NCBI GenBank assembly: GCA_045111495.1
Contig: JBGUGI010000097.1
Location: 1-44,620, forward strand
Source: Bacilli bacterium
GTDB taxonomy: Bacteria; Bacillota_I; Bacilli_A; RFN20; CAG-826
DNA: 44,620 bases
Direction: 5' to 3'
In this document: positions 9,373-17,706 of the stretch, one piece after another
How positions within the stretch are numbered: position 1 is the stretch's first letter
Layout: each line of letters opens with the position of its first letter
Translations under genes and position numbers: made by a program
The notes under the pieces: model-generated
The model's input: only the letters and a program-made list of their open reading frames with translations
Told to the model about the DNA's origin: nothing
Databases searched by the model: none

Positions 9373-11034
9373 TTATTTAGCTTGGGTGAGGGCAATGGTT
9401 TCTGTAGAGCTACCAAAGAAACTGGAAATTGCCACTCTGATAACGATGCTATATTTACCATCTGCGCCTGGAACGAATTCACCTGTTTTACCATCTAAAT
9501 TGATGGTGAGTTTGTTGTTGGCGTCTTTTGTCCATGTACCAACAAATGATGCTGTGGAACTGCCAAGATATAATTTGGCTTTGCCATCTTCAACACAGTT
9601 GAGGTTGACTTCTTTAACACCACCATCTGGGCCAGATGTTGTATAGGAACCGACGAATTCGTGAGTATTTGCGCCTTCGAAGTCAGCGGTTACAAATTTC
9701 TTCCATTTGAATTCTGGATTGAGTGAGCAGTAATATGTTTTGCCATCATAAACCAATCTATAACCTGGATGTTCGGCATTGACTGATTTATCGGCGACAT
9801 ATGCTTTGTCACCATCTTTAACTGTAATAACACCGTCTTTTTCTTCCCATTGGAGACCGAACTTTAATTGTCTTTCGGCGCCGCTTGGGTTATTGAGTGT
9901 GACTGCGTTATTTGTTTGATGTAAGTACATATACGCTGTAGCGACAGAACTGTTATTACCTGTTGCTTTTGCGTAGAAGATGTATTTGGAATCTCTTTCA
10001 TCCCATTTCTTATAATCTTTTGCTAAGGAATCTTTGAATGTTGGATCTTTAGCTTGGAATTTAAGAGTTTGAGATTCTTCACCAATTTTTACTGTGTAAT
10101 AGAATTCATGACGACCTTCTGTTTTATCGAAGTCAGTATGAACTACTGTTTTAGTTTCATCACTGAAGACAATCTTATAGCCATAACCTTTTTCATATAC
10201 GTATGTGCCGAAAACTGACCAGTTATGACTTTCTAAATCTTCTTTGACAACCTTTAATGTCGCGGAAGCAGATTTTGTTTCATCCACAGTGCTTGTCGCG
10301 GTAATTGTGACTGTACCTTCTGCGATTGGAGAAACAGTGCCATTATTTACTGTTGCAACTTTTTCATCAGAACTTGCCCATGTCACAGTTTTTGAAGCAT
10401 TTTCTGGTTCAACTGCGACTGTCGCGGTAACCGCTTGATTAATGAATGCTTCTTGTAAGCTTAAGCTGAGTGATAAGGATGTTGGTGCGACTTCTTGTTG
10501 TTCGCCACCACCTTGTTGTTCTTCACCACCGCCTGGGAAGCCACCGCCACCTGGGAAACCGCCTTCTTGGCCACCTTGTTGTTGTTCTCCACCTTGTTGA
10601 CCAGGGAAACCACCTTCTTGGCCACCTTGTTGACCAGGGAAGCCGCCTTGTTGTTCTCCGCCTTGTTGGCCTTCTCCACCTTGAGCTGGTTGTTGTTCTT
10701 CAGCACCAAAGCCTTCGAACGCTGGGCCACTGGAGTTACCACCTGGGCCGCCACCTGGGAAACCGCCACCGCCTGGGAAACCGCCTTGACCGCCACCACT
10801 TGAGGTTGCGTGACGAGCGACTGCTGTACCTGCAAGTGTAAATTTGTTGCTACCTTGATTGATTTTGCCTTGGAACTTGTAATCATAGTCACCGAATTGG
10901 ACTTCCGCATTATAAGAACTGGAAGTAACAGCGACAAAGTTCACTGGCATTTTAGCGTTACTCTTACAACCGATTAGGCCTGATAGACCAGCAGTTGTAA
11001 CAACGAGTAAAGCAATTCTCTTAGAAAATTTCAT
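9373..11034 (-). CDS. Surface lipoprotein: small N-terminal domain, G/Q/E/F/P low-complexity linker, (SL)4, a Big_2 Ig-like domain, and a beta-rich C-terminal domain of unknown function
   Basis: Lipobox is LSGLIGC (Cys23). The Big_2 signature is TVTWASSDEKVATVNNGTVSPIAEGTVTITATS. AAGGAGG Shine-Dalgarno. Confidence 0.8.
   Translation of the reverse strand: MKFSKRIALLVVTTAGLSGLIGCKSNAKMPVNFVAVTSSSYNAEVQFGDYDYKFQGKINQGSNKFTLAGTAVARHATSSGGGQGGFPGGGGFPGGGPGGNSSGPAFEGFGAEEQQPAQGGEGQQGGEQQGGFPGQQGGQEGGFPGQQGGEQQQGGQEGGFPGGGGFPGGGEEQQGGGEQQEVAPTSLSLSLSLQEAFINQAVTATVAVEPENASKTVTWASSDEKVATVNNGTVSPIAEGTVTITATSTVDETKSASATLKVVKEDLESHNWSVFGTYVYEKGYGYKIVFSDETKTVVHTDFDKTEGRHEFYYTVKIGEESQTLKFQAKDPTFKDSLAKDYKKWDERDSKYIFYAKATGNNSSVATAYMYLHQTNNAVTLNNPSGAERQLKFGLQWEEKDGVITVKDGDKAYVADKSVNAEHPGYRLVYDGKTYYCSLNPEFKWKKFVTADFEGANTHEFVGSYTTSGPDGGVKEVNLNCVEDGKAKLYLGSSTASFVGTWTKDANNKLTINLDGKTGEFVPGADGKYSIVIRVAISSFFGSSTETIALTQAK
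10492..10803 (-). repeat. Coding low-complexity repeat (residues ~78-181) containing six GGFPG units
   Basis: Sequence is GGFPGGGGFPGGG ... GGFPGQQGGQEGGFPGQQGGEQQQGGQEGGFPGGGGFPGGG, made almost entirely of G, Q, E, F and P. It generates spurious ORFs in other frames on both strands. Confidence 0.9.
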
Positions 11035-11136
11035 TATTTTCCTCCTTTTTTGAAGTCTGAACTTCAGTCATAAGCACTATAAAAGAAGTAAAAAGAAAGA
11101 AATTTGAATAGGTATAAGAAGTATGAAAAAGAGGAC

Positions 11137-11159
11137 AAAAAAATGTCTGCGAGGGACAT
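11137..11159 (-). terminator. Weak candidate terminator after the LytTR regulator gene
   Basis: Minus strand reads ATGTC-cctcgca-GACAT (only 5 bp), followed by T7. Confidence 0.4.
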
Positions 11160-11184
11160 AATGTTTTATTTTTGTGACGAAATA

Positions 11185-11919
11185 TTAGATGATCACTGAG
11201 CTAGTTTTACGAGAAATTGCGAGGTATTGTTTCATGATTTCTTCTTTTCTTTTCTTAGCCATTGGTAAAGAAATACCAGTGGTTAGATAGACCTCTTCAT
11301 TCTCAATACTGCGTATATATAAATAATTAACTAAATATCCTTTATGTATTCTTAAAAACCCGTGCTCACGTAACTTATCTTCTAATGTACCTAGAGGCAC
11401 GCGGACGTCTTGTGAAGTCTTATCTTTAAGCACGACTTTTTGATAGTTTCTATTGCCTTCAATATAAACAATGTCTTTGATTTTAAATGAGTATGTTTTT
11501 GTTTTATCGAAGAAATCAATCTTTGATTCATTGCTTTCGTTATTAGAAATTGTTTGAAAGAATTGATTCATCATTAAAGAAAAGTCATCGATCAGTTTTG
11601 ATTTACGAATAAAGCCAAATGGATGGAATTTCAAACATTCAAACACTAAGTCTTCTCTTTGAGAAAGGAAAATGATTTGCCCGTATTTAGAAATAGAAGT
11701 TAATTCATTAGCGACATTTAGTCCATTCATTTCAGGCATATCAATATCTAAGAATGATAAATCAAACTTTTCTTCTTTCGCACTGGCAAGAAAATTTAAA
11801 GGATTAGAAAAAGAGAAGAGACGGTATTCAGCATTCTTTTCTTTTAAGAACGCTTCAACTGCGCTTGTGGAAATCATTAACGCAGTCTTATCGTCATCAA
11901 GAATGGCAATCTTAAGCAT
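11185..11919 (-). CDS. LytTR-family response regulator (REC plus LytTR DNA-binding domain)
   Basis: The receiver domain carries FLDIDMPEMNG. The LytTR part carries IVYIEGNRNYQKV and LRIHKGYLVNYLYI. The ATG overlaps the kinase stop by 8 nt, and AAGGAG lies inside the kinase 3' end. Confidence 0.9.
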   Translation of the reverse strand: MLKIAILDDDKTALMISTSAVEAFLKEKNAEYRLFSFSNPLNFLASAKEEKFDLSFLDIDMPEMNGLNVANELTSISKYGQIIFLSQREDLVFECLKFHPFGFIRKSKLIDDFSLMMNQFFQTISNNESNESKIDFFDKTKTYSFKIKDIVYIEGNRNYQKVVLKDKTSQDVRVPLGTLEDKLREHGFLRIHKGYLVNYLYIRSIENEEVYLTTGISLPMAKKRKEEIMKQYLAISRKTSSVII

Positions 11920-13378
11920 TCTGGTTCTCCTTCACATTTAAGTTTAAAACAGCATCACAGACGAATCTATCATCTTCGATATTGAAATCAGCGTAGCCTT
12001 TATATGCATTAGCGATGTTTTTAATGATCTTTGTGCCATAACCATGACCACGACCCACTTTACTAGTCTTAGTTAAAGCGCGCATATTAACTTTTTCCAA
12101 GTTGATTGGGTTAGAAACAATGAAACGAATAAAGTCGTTTTGTTTGATAATCCGCACAATGATTTCATCTTTTTCTTCTGAATAATAATTCTCTAAAGCA
12201 TTATCAATCATATTAGTTAATAAACTAACTAGGTCGATATCTTTAAATGGCAAAGATGGAGGAACAACCACTTTAACATCAATTTTGATTTTAGCGATCT
12301 TTGCCTTAGTTAATTCTAAGTTAATAATTGAGTTAATAACTTTGTTAGAGCAAGAGAATGAATGAAGAACGGGATTAGAAGTATTTAAATAATCTTCAAT
12401 ATACTTTTTCGCTTCTTCGTTTTGTCCTTGTTGAAGCATCACATCAACATAAGAGAATTGATTTTTAATATCATGTCTAAGTTTTTCTAATTCTTCTCTA
12501 TTTGTTTGGTCAATAGCGATGGACATTCTTTCTGCATCTTCAAGTGTCTTTTGCACTTCAAGATTAGTAATCTTATGTCTATGTTCAATGTTTATATAAG
12601 TCGCATAGTATGAGAAATTAAGAATGAATAATAAGGTGATGTCTAACAAAGAAAGAAGGGCCACGGTAGCGACTTCTTGTGTTGTTATTGCTTGTTCATA
12701 GATAGAAGCGACGATTAATAAGATTGATAAAACAGAAATAATAATAACCATTTCTTTGGATAGATGACGATAACGGTTGATATCAATCTTATAAAGCAAG
12801 AAACAAACACCAGTAAAGATGAGGAAAGGCAATGATCTCGCTAAAGAAACAATGACGAATACGTCATTAGCGACTGTGCCGAAGAAAAAGCCAGCGTTTT
12901 TGGAAAGAACCTCAACGACTGCAATGGATGAAATAAGAATAATGCTCTTAATCAGGCGATGGATTGCACTACCGTTAGATAAAAAGATTAAAGTAAATAC
13001 CCCAATAATTATTGGGAAAGTTAATGCGTAAAATATTTGACCGACATATTGATTGTTTATTTGGGTACGGATAGCAAACATTAACGATGGAAAGAAAACG
13101 CATACCGCATAACTACAAATAAACACTAAAACAGTTTTAAGAATTGATTTTTTATTACGTTCCTTTGGCCACACTAGAATTGCTAAGCCAAAAGATAAAA
13201 AGAAAATAGTTAAAAAAGATGTTAAATCTAGGATTCGTTGATAATAAAAAGCAAAAGCTTGTCCAAAATCGAGTGGCGGCATATGTAATTCTGTAAACAT
13301 ATTATAACAATAAATATATGCTTGTGCATATTGGGACAAAAAATATATTAATAGGGACAAAATGAAAGGGACGCCCAT
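11912..13378 (-). CDS. Polytopic sensor histidine kinase, AgrC/HPK10-like (GHKL ATPase)
   Basis: About 270 aa of multi-TM N-terminus with no large extracellular domain. H-box LRHDIKNQ, N-box LLTNMIDNALEN, G-box GRGHGYGTKII. Confidence 0.85.
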   Translation of the reverse strand: MGVPFILSLLIYFLSQYAQAYIYCYNMFTELHMPPLDFGQAFAFYYQRILDLTSFLTIFFLSFGLAILVWPKERNKKSILKTVLVFICSYAVCVFFPSLMFAIRTQINNQYVGQIFYALTFPIIIGVFTLIFLSNGSAIHRLIKSIILISSIAVVEVLSKNAGFFFGTVANDVFVIVSLARSLPFLIFTGVCFLLYKIDINRYRHLSKEMVIIISVLSILLIVASIYEQAITTQEVATVALLSLLDITLLFILNFSYYATYINIEHRHKITNLEVQKTLEDAERMSIAIDQTNREELEKLRHDIKNQFSYVDVMLQQGQNEEAKKYIEDYLNTSNPVLHSFSCSNKVINSIINLELTKAKIAKIKIDVKVVVPPSLPFKDIDLVSLLTNMIDNALENYYSEEKDEIIVRIIKQNDFIRFIVSNPINLEKVNMRALTKTSKVGRGHGYGTKIIKNIANAYKGYADFNIEDDRFVCDAVLNLNVKENQNA

Positions 13379-13444
13379 GAACTAAGCGTCCCTTTCTTGA
13401 GAAAGGAATTTTATACATGAAGATTTAATTGAAAATCTTAGTAC

Positions 13445-15046
13445 CTATTTCATTGACTCCATCCAGTCAAATAAGTTGACTGTATTACCATTAGCGTCTT
13501 TGACTGCTTCAGTTGAAGGCGCGACAATGTTATTTGGGTCTTTTTGATCTAAGGCAACTTCATCACGGAAGATGTAAATCCATGAATAGTGACCTTGATA
13601 ATTGTTACCTTGAGGGTTACCATCTGTGCCGCGGACATCAACGTAATATGATAAATGTAAATCTTTAGCACCAGCGGCTTTTAATCTCTTATATGTCGCT
13701 AAGGTAAAGCTTTCTGGATCAACTGTTGTATCATTAGCAGCGTGAATGAACCACATTGGTAAGTCTTTTAATTTTTGGATATCTTCATCAGTAACGAATG
13801 AATCACTATAAGCTTCGCAGCATGGATAGAACGCTCTGAAGAAGTTACCATATGTGACCGCCATTTCCATGGTCATATAGCCACCATTGGAGCAGCCACC
13901 AATAAAAATACGCTTTGTATCAATATCACCGTTTTCTTTAATATAGTTATCGATTAATGATTTTAATGATTTTGTGTAGATGGAGTGACCAACACCACCA
14001 TTGATGGAGCCTGTACCACTATTCATCCAATATGTTGGTGTTTGAGCAGCAAGCACATAGGCACCTTTTTGTTGGCCTTTAACGAAGTGAGATTGGATCT
14101 TTTCTTCGCCTAAAGCGGTCACATCATTACCTAATAAAGCGATATCTGGATCTGTGCCACCTTCACCCATACCATGTAACCAAATCACTAATGGATTCAA
14201 GACACCATCTTCTCTTAAAGCATCTGTTTGGTAGTCTTTATAAGTTAAGGTATATCCTTCAGCGGTATGAGATTTAGCTTCACCCCAATCTCTTGTGGAA
14301 AGAGAGATTCTTGATCTAATCGCATTGAATTTAAATGAACTATCATATGTTTCTTCACCCACTTTGAGTGTTTGACCACTCGCTAATTGGGCTTCAACTG
14401 TAATATTGTTAGTCCAGTTATTAACGTTATTAGCGTATGTAAATGGAGAAGCACCATCCGCTGGTCCCCAGCCACTGTAACGCATTTCTAAAGAAATACG
14501 GACGTAATGGGATTCATCACCGGTGATTATTTGACCTTCTTGGTCACATAAATCAACACTTTTAACTGTGCGATTGCTTCTATTTGTTTTAACAGTGAAT
14601 TGCTTACCTTGTAAGTCTGCTTTTTTAACTTTTTCAGGGAAGTTTAATTTCACACCAACAATTGCAGGACCGAATTCAAAACCTTCAACAAGGTAATCAA
14701 TTGTGTCATATTCATCAACGAAGAGCTTTAAAACTCTATCGAAATAGCCTTCTTTACTAACTGTGATATAAGCCATACCTGGCTCATCAGTTTTAATATT
14801 GCCATCTTTATCAACTGTTGCGATATTTTCATCGCTACTACGGAAGGTGACACCTTCAACTTCAGTCACGACTTTTGATTTCATACCCGCTTCAACAGTA
14901 TCTTTTGATAAAGAAGCTTTTAAGATTTTTCTTGCAGTTTCCACTGCTGGTTCACTAGAACTAGTTGAACCGTTAGCGGCGTTATTACATCCACCTAATA
15001 CGAACAAGGCGGCAAACGCTAGAGGTAATAATAATTTCTTTTTCAT
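13445..15046 (-). CDS. Surface lipoprotein with a Big_2 domain and a C-terminal alpha/beta-hydrolase esterase (carbohydrate-esterase-like)
   Basis: Lipobox is FVLGGC. Big_2 signature is VTFRSSDENIATVDKDGNIKTDEPGMAYITVS. Esterase features are the oxyanion region VIWLHGMGEGG, the nucleophile elbow GGCSNGG (GxSxG), and candidate Asp (HAANDTTV) and His (YQGHYSW) residues. Confidence 0.75.
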   Translation of the reverse strand: MKKKLLLPLAFAALFVLGGCNNAANGSTSSSEPAVETARKILKASLSKDTVEAGMKSKVVTEVEGVTFRSSDENIATVDKDGNIKTDEPGMAYITVSKEGYFDRVLKLFVDEYDTIDYLVEGFEFGPAIVGVKLNFPEKVKKADLQGKQFTVKTNRSNRTVKSVDLCDQEGQIITGDESHYVRISLEMRYSGWGPADGASPFTYANNVNNWTNNITVEAQLASGQTLKVGEETYDSSFKFNAIRSRISLSTRDWGEAKSHTAEGYTLTYKDYQTDALREDGVLNPLVIWLHGMGEGGTDPDIALLGNDVTALGEEKIQSHFVKGQQKGAYVLAAQTPTYWMNSGTGSINGGVGHSIYTKSLKSLIDNYIKENGDIDTKRIFIGGCSNGGYMTMEMAVTYGNFFRAFYPCCEAYSDSFVTDEDIQKLKDLPMWFIHAANDTTVDPESFTLATYKRLKAAGAKDLHLSYYVDVRGTDGNPQGNNYQGHYSWIYIFRDEVALDQKDPNNIVAPSTEAVKDANGNTVNLFDWMESMK

Positions 15047-15057
15047 AATAATTTAAG

Positions 15058-15085
15058 TAGAGGGCTTGGTTTCCCAAACCCTCTA
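15058..15085 (-). promoter_or_regulatory. Strong intercistronic RNA hairpin (12-bp stem, GAAA loop) between the two lipoprotein genes. It may be a partial terminator, a processing site or a translation element.
   Basis: Minus strand reads TAGAGGGTTTGG-GAAA-CCAAGCCCTCTA, followed by CTTAAATTATT and then the ATG. AAAGGA lies immediately 5' of the stem. Confidence 0.55.
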
Positions 15086-15105
15086 TCCTTTCTAAATAGT
15101 GTTAA

Positions 15106-17409
15106 TTATGCTTCTACGTGAGCACTGACTGTAATTGAACCACCAAGGATTGCGAAGCAGTCGAAGTTTGCAGATTGAGCAAGAGCGGTAACAACGATTT
15201 CGTTGACGCCAGCTTTAACTGCGACTTCACCTAAGTCGACTTGAGTCATTGTGGAACCGTCTGAACCTAAGAAACCTTTGCGTGTTAAGGAAACTTCGGT
15301 GTCATTAACTTTGATAGATGTTGTATCGGCTAAACCTTGATCATAGTATTCGACTGGTTGTGTTTGCCAGTTAGCACTAGCAGAACTACCAATGAGAACT
15401 AATCTAACTTTGCCTGCTGCAGAAGCATCGAATTTTAGTGTGATAGATGCATCTTTAGCCATATAGCCAACAGAGCCTGTGCCGTGAGCGGTCGCATTGT
15501 TTGTTTCAACTCTAGCTTGACCACCTAATGTGCCATCTTCAGCTTCAAGATAGAAAGCATCTGTTAAGTCAACTGGTGTTGTCTTTTCAATGATAGCTTT
15601 CCAGTTAGCTTTGATTGTAATGTTCTCAGTTAAGTTAATTTTTTCACCTGGTTGTTTAACTTGGGTTTGTGGGAATGTATATGATCCCCAAGTAACCATC
15701 ACTGTAATTTCCCAGCCACCAAATTCCTTATCTGCTGGAGCTGTAAAACCGTTAGCTGGTAAGGTGTATTCGCCTTTTTCTGCTTCAACAGCGTTCATTG
15801 TGCCAGAACCACCATTGGCGTCGAAATTAACTGTAACTTTTTCTACGACTGGTGTTTCAGGTTGAGCGTTTGGATCTGTTAATTTTATGCAGTCGATGTT
15901 TGGACCTTGTGTAATAGCGGCGAAGGAGAATGTATTTTCACCCGTGACGATATTAATATTGCCTAAATCGATTTCTACCCATGTCTTTGTCCAGCCTGAG
16001 GAACCTGGTAATGTGTTTGAACCTAAGTCAATGGCAGTGTTATTGAGTTTCATTGTCATGACTTCATTTGTAAGTTCCATATCGGCGAAACCAGAATAAT
16101 CTGATTTTAATGCGGCGGAAGAAACGACCATGGATAATTTATATTCTTTAGCTTCAGCGGCTGTGTATTTGAGTTCAAATGTTTGTTCAGCACTGAAGTA
16201 ACCCAAGGATTTACCACCAGAACATGTATCGCCATTTTCCATTTGGATGGTTGTACCTTCTGGTAAGATAGCATTTTCAGCTTCAATAACGATTTGACCA
16301 GCAACTGGTTTAGCTTTAACTGTAATGTTAACTGTGGCTTTCTTATAACCGTCTTTTGTTACTTCAACTGTTGTTTTGCCAGCTTTGATACCTTTAACGA
16401 CACCAGCGTTAGAAACTGTAGCGATTGCTTCATCAGCGGATTTATATGCGACACCCGCTAAATTATCTTTAACTTGGATTTGTTTTTCTTCGTCGACTTG
16501 AATTTCGATTTCAGCTTCAACAACTTCAATCTTTGGTTTTGTTTGTGCTGGGACAGTGGCAATTTGTAATGTTTCACTTGTGAAGATTACGACTTTGTCC
16601 ATGTTTGGACCTTGGGCTAACATTTCGATTTCTAAAACGTTATTGCCAGCAATTAAATCGACTTGACCGAATGAAACGGTATTGAATTCATAATAGGATT
16701 CACCGTCTTCTGGAGCTGGGACTGTTCTACCAGCCATTGAGATTTCTTTGCCGTTGAACTTAACAGAAAGAACACCTTCTAAGCTCATTTCAGCGTTATA
16801 GGCCATTGTGACACCAAGTTCAACCTTAACGGCTTTATTGCATGTAAAGGTCAATGTTTCTTTACAGCCTTGTTGTAACCAACCTAATGATGTGCCATCA
16901 TCAGTTTTTCCACCATTGTCTTCGACTGGGCTATCGCCTGGACCCATGATACCATAACCGTATGCGGATAAGTCCATGCCCCAGAAATCATCTGGATCAA
17001 AGTGTTCAGCTTCTTCTAAACGTAAAGAATAGTTTGGTTCTCTATCTGGAGCTTTTTCAACTGTGATTGTGATGCTGCCATTGGCATAGCCATCTTTCTT
17101 GGCGGTGACTTTACCAGAACCAACGCCTAAAGCGGTAACTAAACCGTTTTTATCAACGGAAACGACAGTACCTGCTCTTGTGGACCATTCAACACCTTCA
17201 ACGTCAGCGGATAATTGGACTGTTTCGCCAACTTTAAGTGTGGTTTTGTTACCAGCGGCGGTAACGTTAATCTTTGTTTCTTCTACTTCAGAAGTGTCAC
17301 CACTACTTGCTGGTTTATCATTTTTTGCATTGTTACATGCTGTAAGACCCATTGTTAGGAGTAAAGCACCCGCTAAAAATGGAAATAATGCTTTTTTAGT
17401 TTTTTTCAT
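15106..17409 (-). CDS. Large surface lipoprotein: 2x Big_2, 3x CBM6/CBM35-like modules and one InlB B-repeat (Listeria-Bacteroides repeat)
   Basis: Lipobox is MGLTAC. Big_2 segments include VEWSTRAGTVVSVDKNGLVTALGVG and AYKSADEAIATVSNAGVVKGIKAG. The CBM-like modules open with LEEAEHF, IEAENA and LEAEDG and close with GPNMDKV, GPNIDCI and ANFDCF. The B-repeat reads VTVNFDANGGSGTM..YTLPANGFT..FGGW. Confidence 0.75.
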   Translation of the reverse strand: MKKTKKALFPFLAGALLLTMGLTACNNAKNDKPASSGDTSEVEETKINVTAAGNKTTLKVGETVQLSADVEGVEWSTRAGTVVSVDKNGLVTALGVGSGKVTAKKDGYANGSITITVEKAPDREPNYSLRLEEAEHFDPDDFWGMDLSAYGYGIMGPGDSPVEDNGGKTDDGTSLGWLQQGCKETLTFTCNKAVKVELGVTMAYNAEMSLEGVLSVKFNGKEISMAGRTVPAPEDGESYYEFNTVSFGQVDLIAGNNVLEIEMLAQGPNMDKVVIFTSETLQIATVPAQTKPKIEVVEAEIEIQVDEEKQIQVKDNLAGVAYKSADEAIATVSNAGVVKGIKAGKTTVEVTKDGYKKATVNITVKAKPVAGQIVIEAENAILPEGTTIQMENGDTCSGGKSLGYFSAEQTFELKYTAAEAKEYKLSMVVSSAALKSDYSGFADMELTNEVMTMKLNNTAIDLGSNTLPGSSGWTKTWVEIDLGNINIVTGENTFSFAAITQGPNIDCIKLTDPNAQPETPVVEKVTVNFDANGGSGTMNAVEAEKGEYTLPANGFTAPADKEFGGWEITVMVTWGSYTFPQTQVKQPGEKINLTENITIKANWKAIIEKTTPVDLTDAFYLEAEDGTLGGQARVETNNATAHGTGSVGYMAKDASITLKFDASAAGKVRLVLIGSSASANWQTQPVEYYDQGLADTTSIKVNDTEVSLTRKGFLGSDGSTMTQVDLGEVAVKAGVNEIVVTALAQSANFDCFAILGGSITVSAHVEA

Positions 17410-17659
17410 TATATTTTTTTCCTTTCCTAAAATCAGGTTTATTAAGGAGGGATAAAAACTATTCCCTTTCTCAATAAATAAGCATTGTGGGCGAAATACT
17501 TTAAGATAAGTTGCGTGTTTACGCGTTACGTAAAAAGGGCACTAAAAATTCAAAAAGTATTTCTAAATTCGCACTTATCATAAAAAAGAAGAAAATATTA
17601 AAAAATAGATATTGCATAACCTTATAACATTTGAGCGTAATCTTATATTTGTGGGTATC

Positions 17660-17700
17660 AAAAAAGCACAATTATCAGTATCCGAATTGTGCTCTTTTTT
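17660..17700 (-). terminator. Intrinsic terminator after the second two-component system
   Basis: GCACAATT-11 nt-AATTGTGC, flanked by an A6 run and a T7 run. It is symmetric, so it could work in both directions. Confidence 0.75.
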
Positions 17701-17706
17701 TAGTTT

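Noticed and set aside
10461-10937. Alternative-frame ORFs (158 aa on the minus strand; 123 aa and 102 aa on the plus strand) across the lipoprotein repeat, which at first glance could suggest an overlapping gene or a nucleotide repeat array
   Set aside because: They arise because the GGT/CAA/GAA-rich low-complexity coding repeat lacks stop codons in several frames. Only the lipoprotein frame has a lipobox, a Shine-Dalgarno and flanking folded domains. There is no spacer/repeat periodicity of CRISPR type.
13379-13444. Two small hairpins (AAGATTT-tcaatt-AAATCTT and CCTTTC-tcaa-GAAAGG) between the esterase and kinase genes, considered as a terminator
   Set aside because: The stems are short and AT-rich, or lack a following U-tract. 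I treat the esterase gene and the first two-component system as probably co-transcribed, but this is uncertain.
17099-17455. 118-aa plus-strand ORF overlapping the start of the CBM-lipoprotein gene, together with a plus-strand AAGGAGG at ~17444-17450
   Set aside because: The ORF is antisense to the lipoprotein signal-peptide region and ends at the SD-like sequence rather than starting after it. No start codon follows the AAGGAGG at a usable distance.
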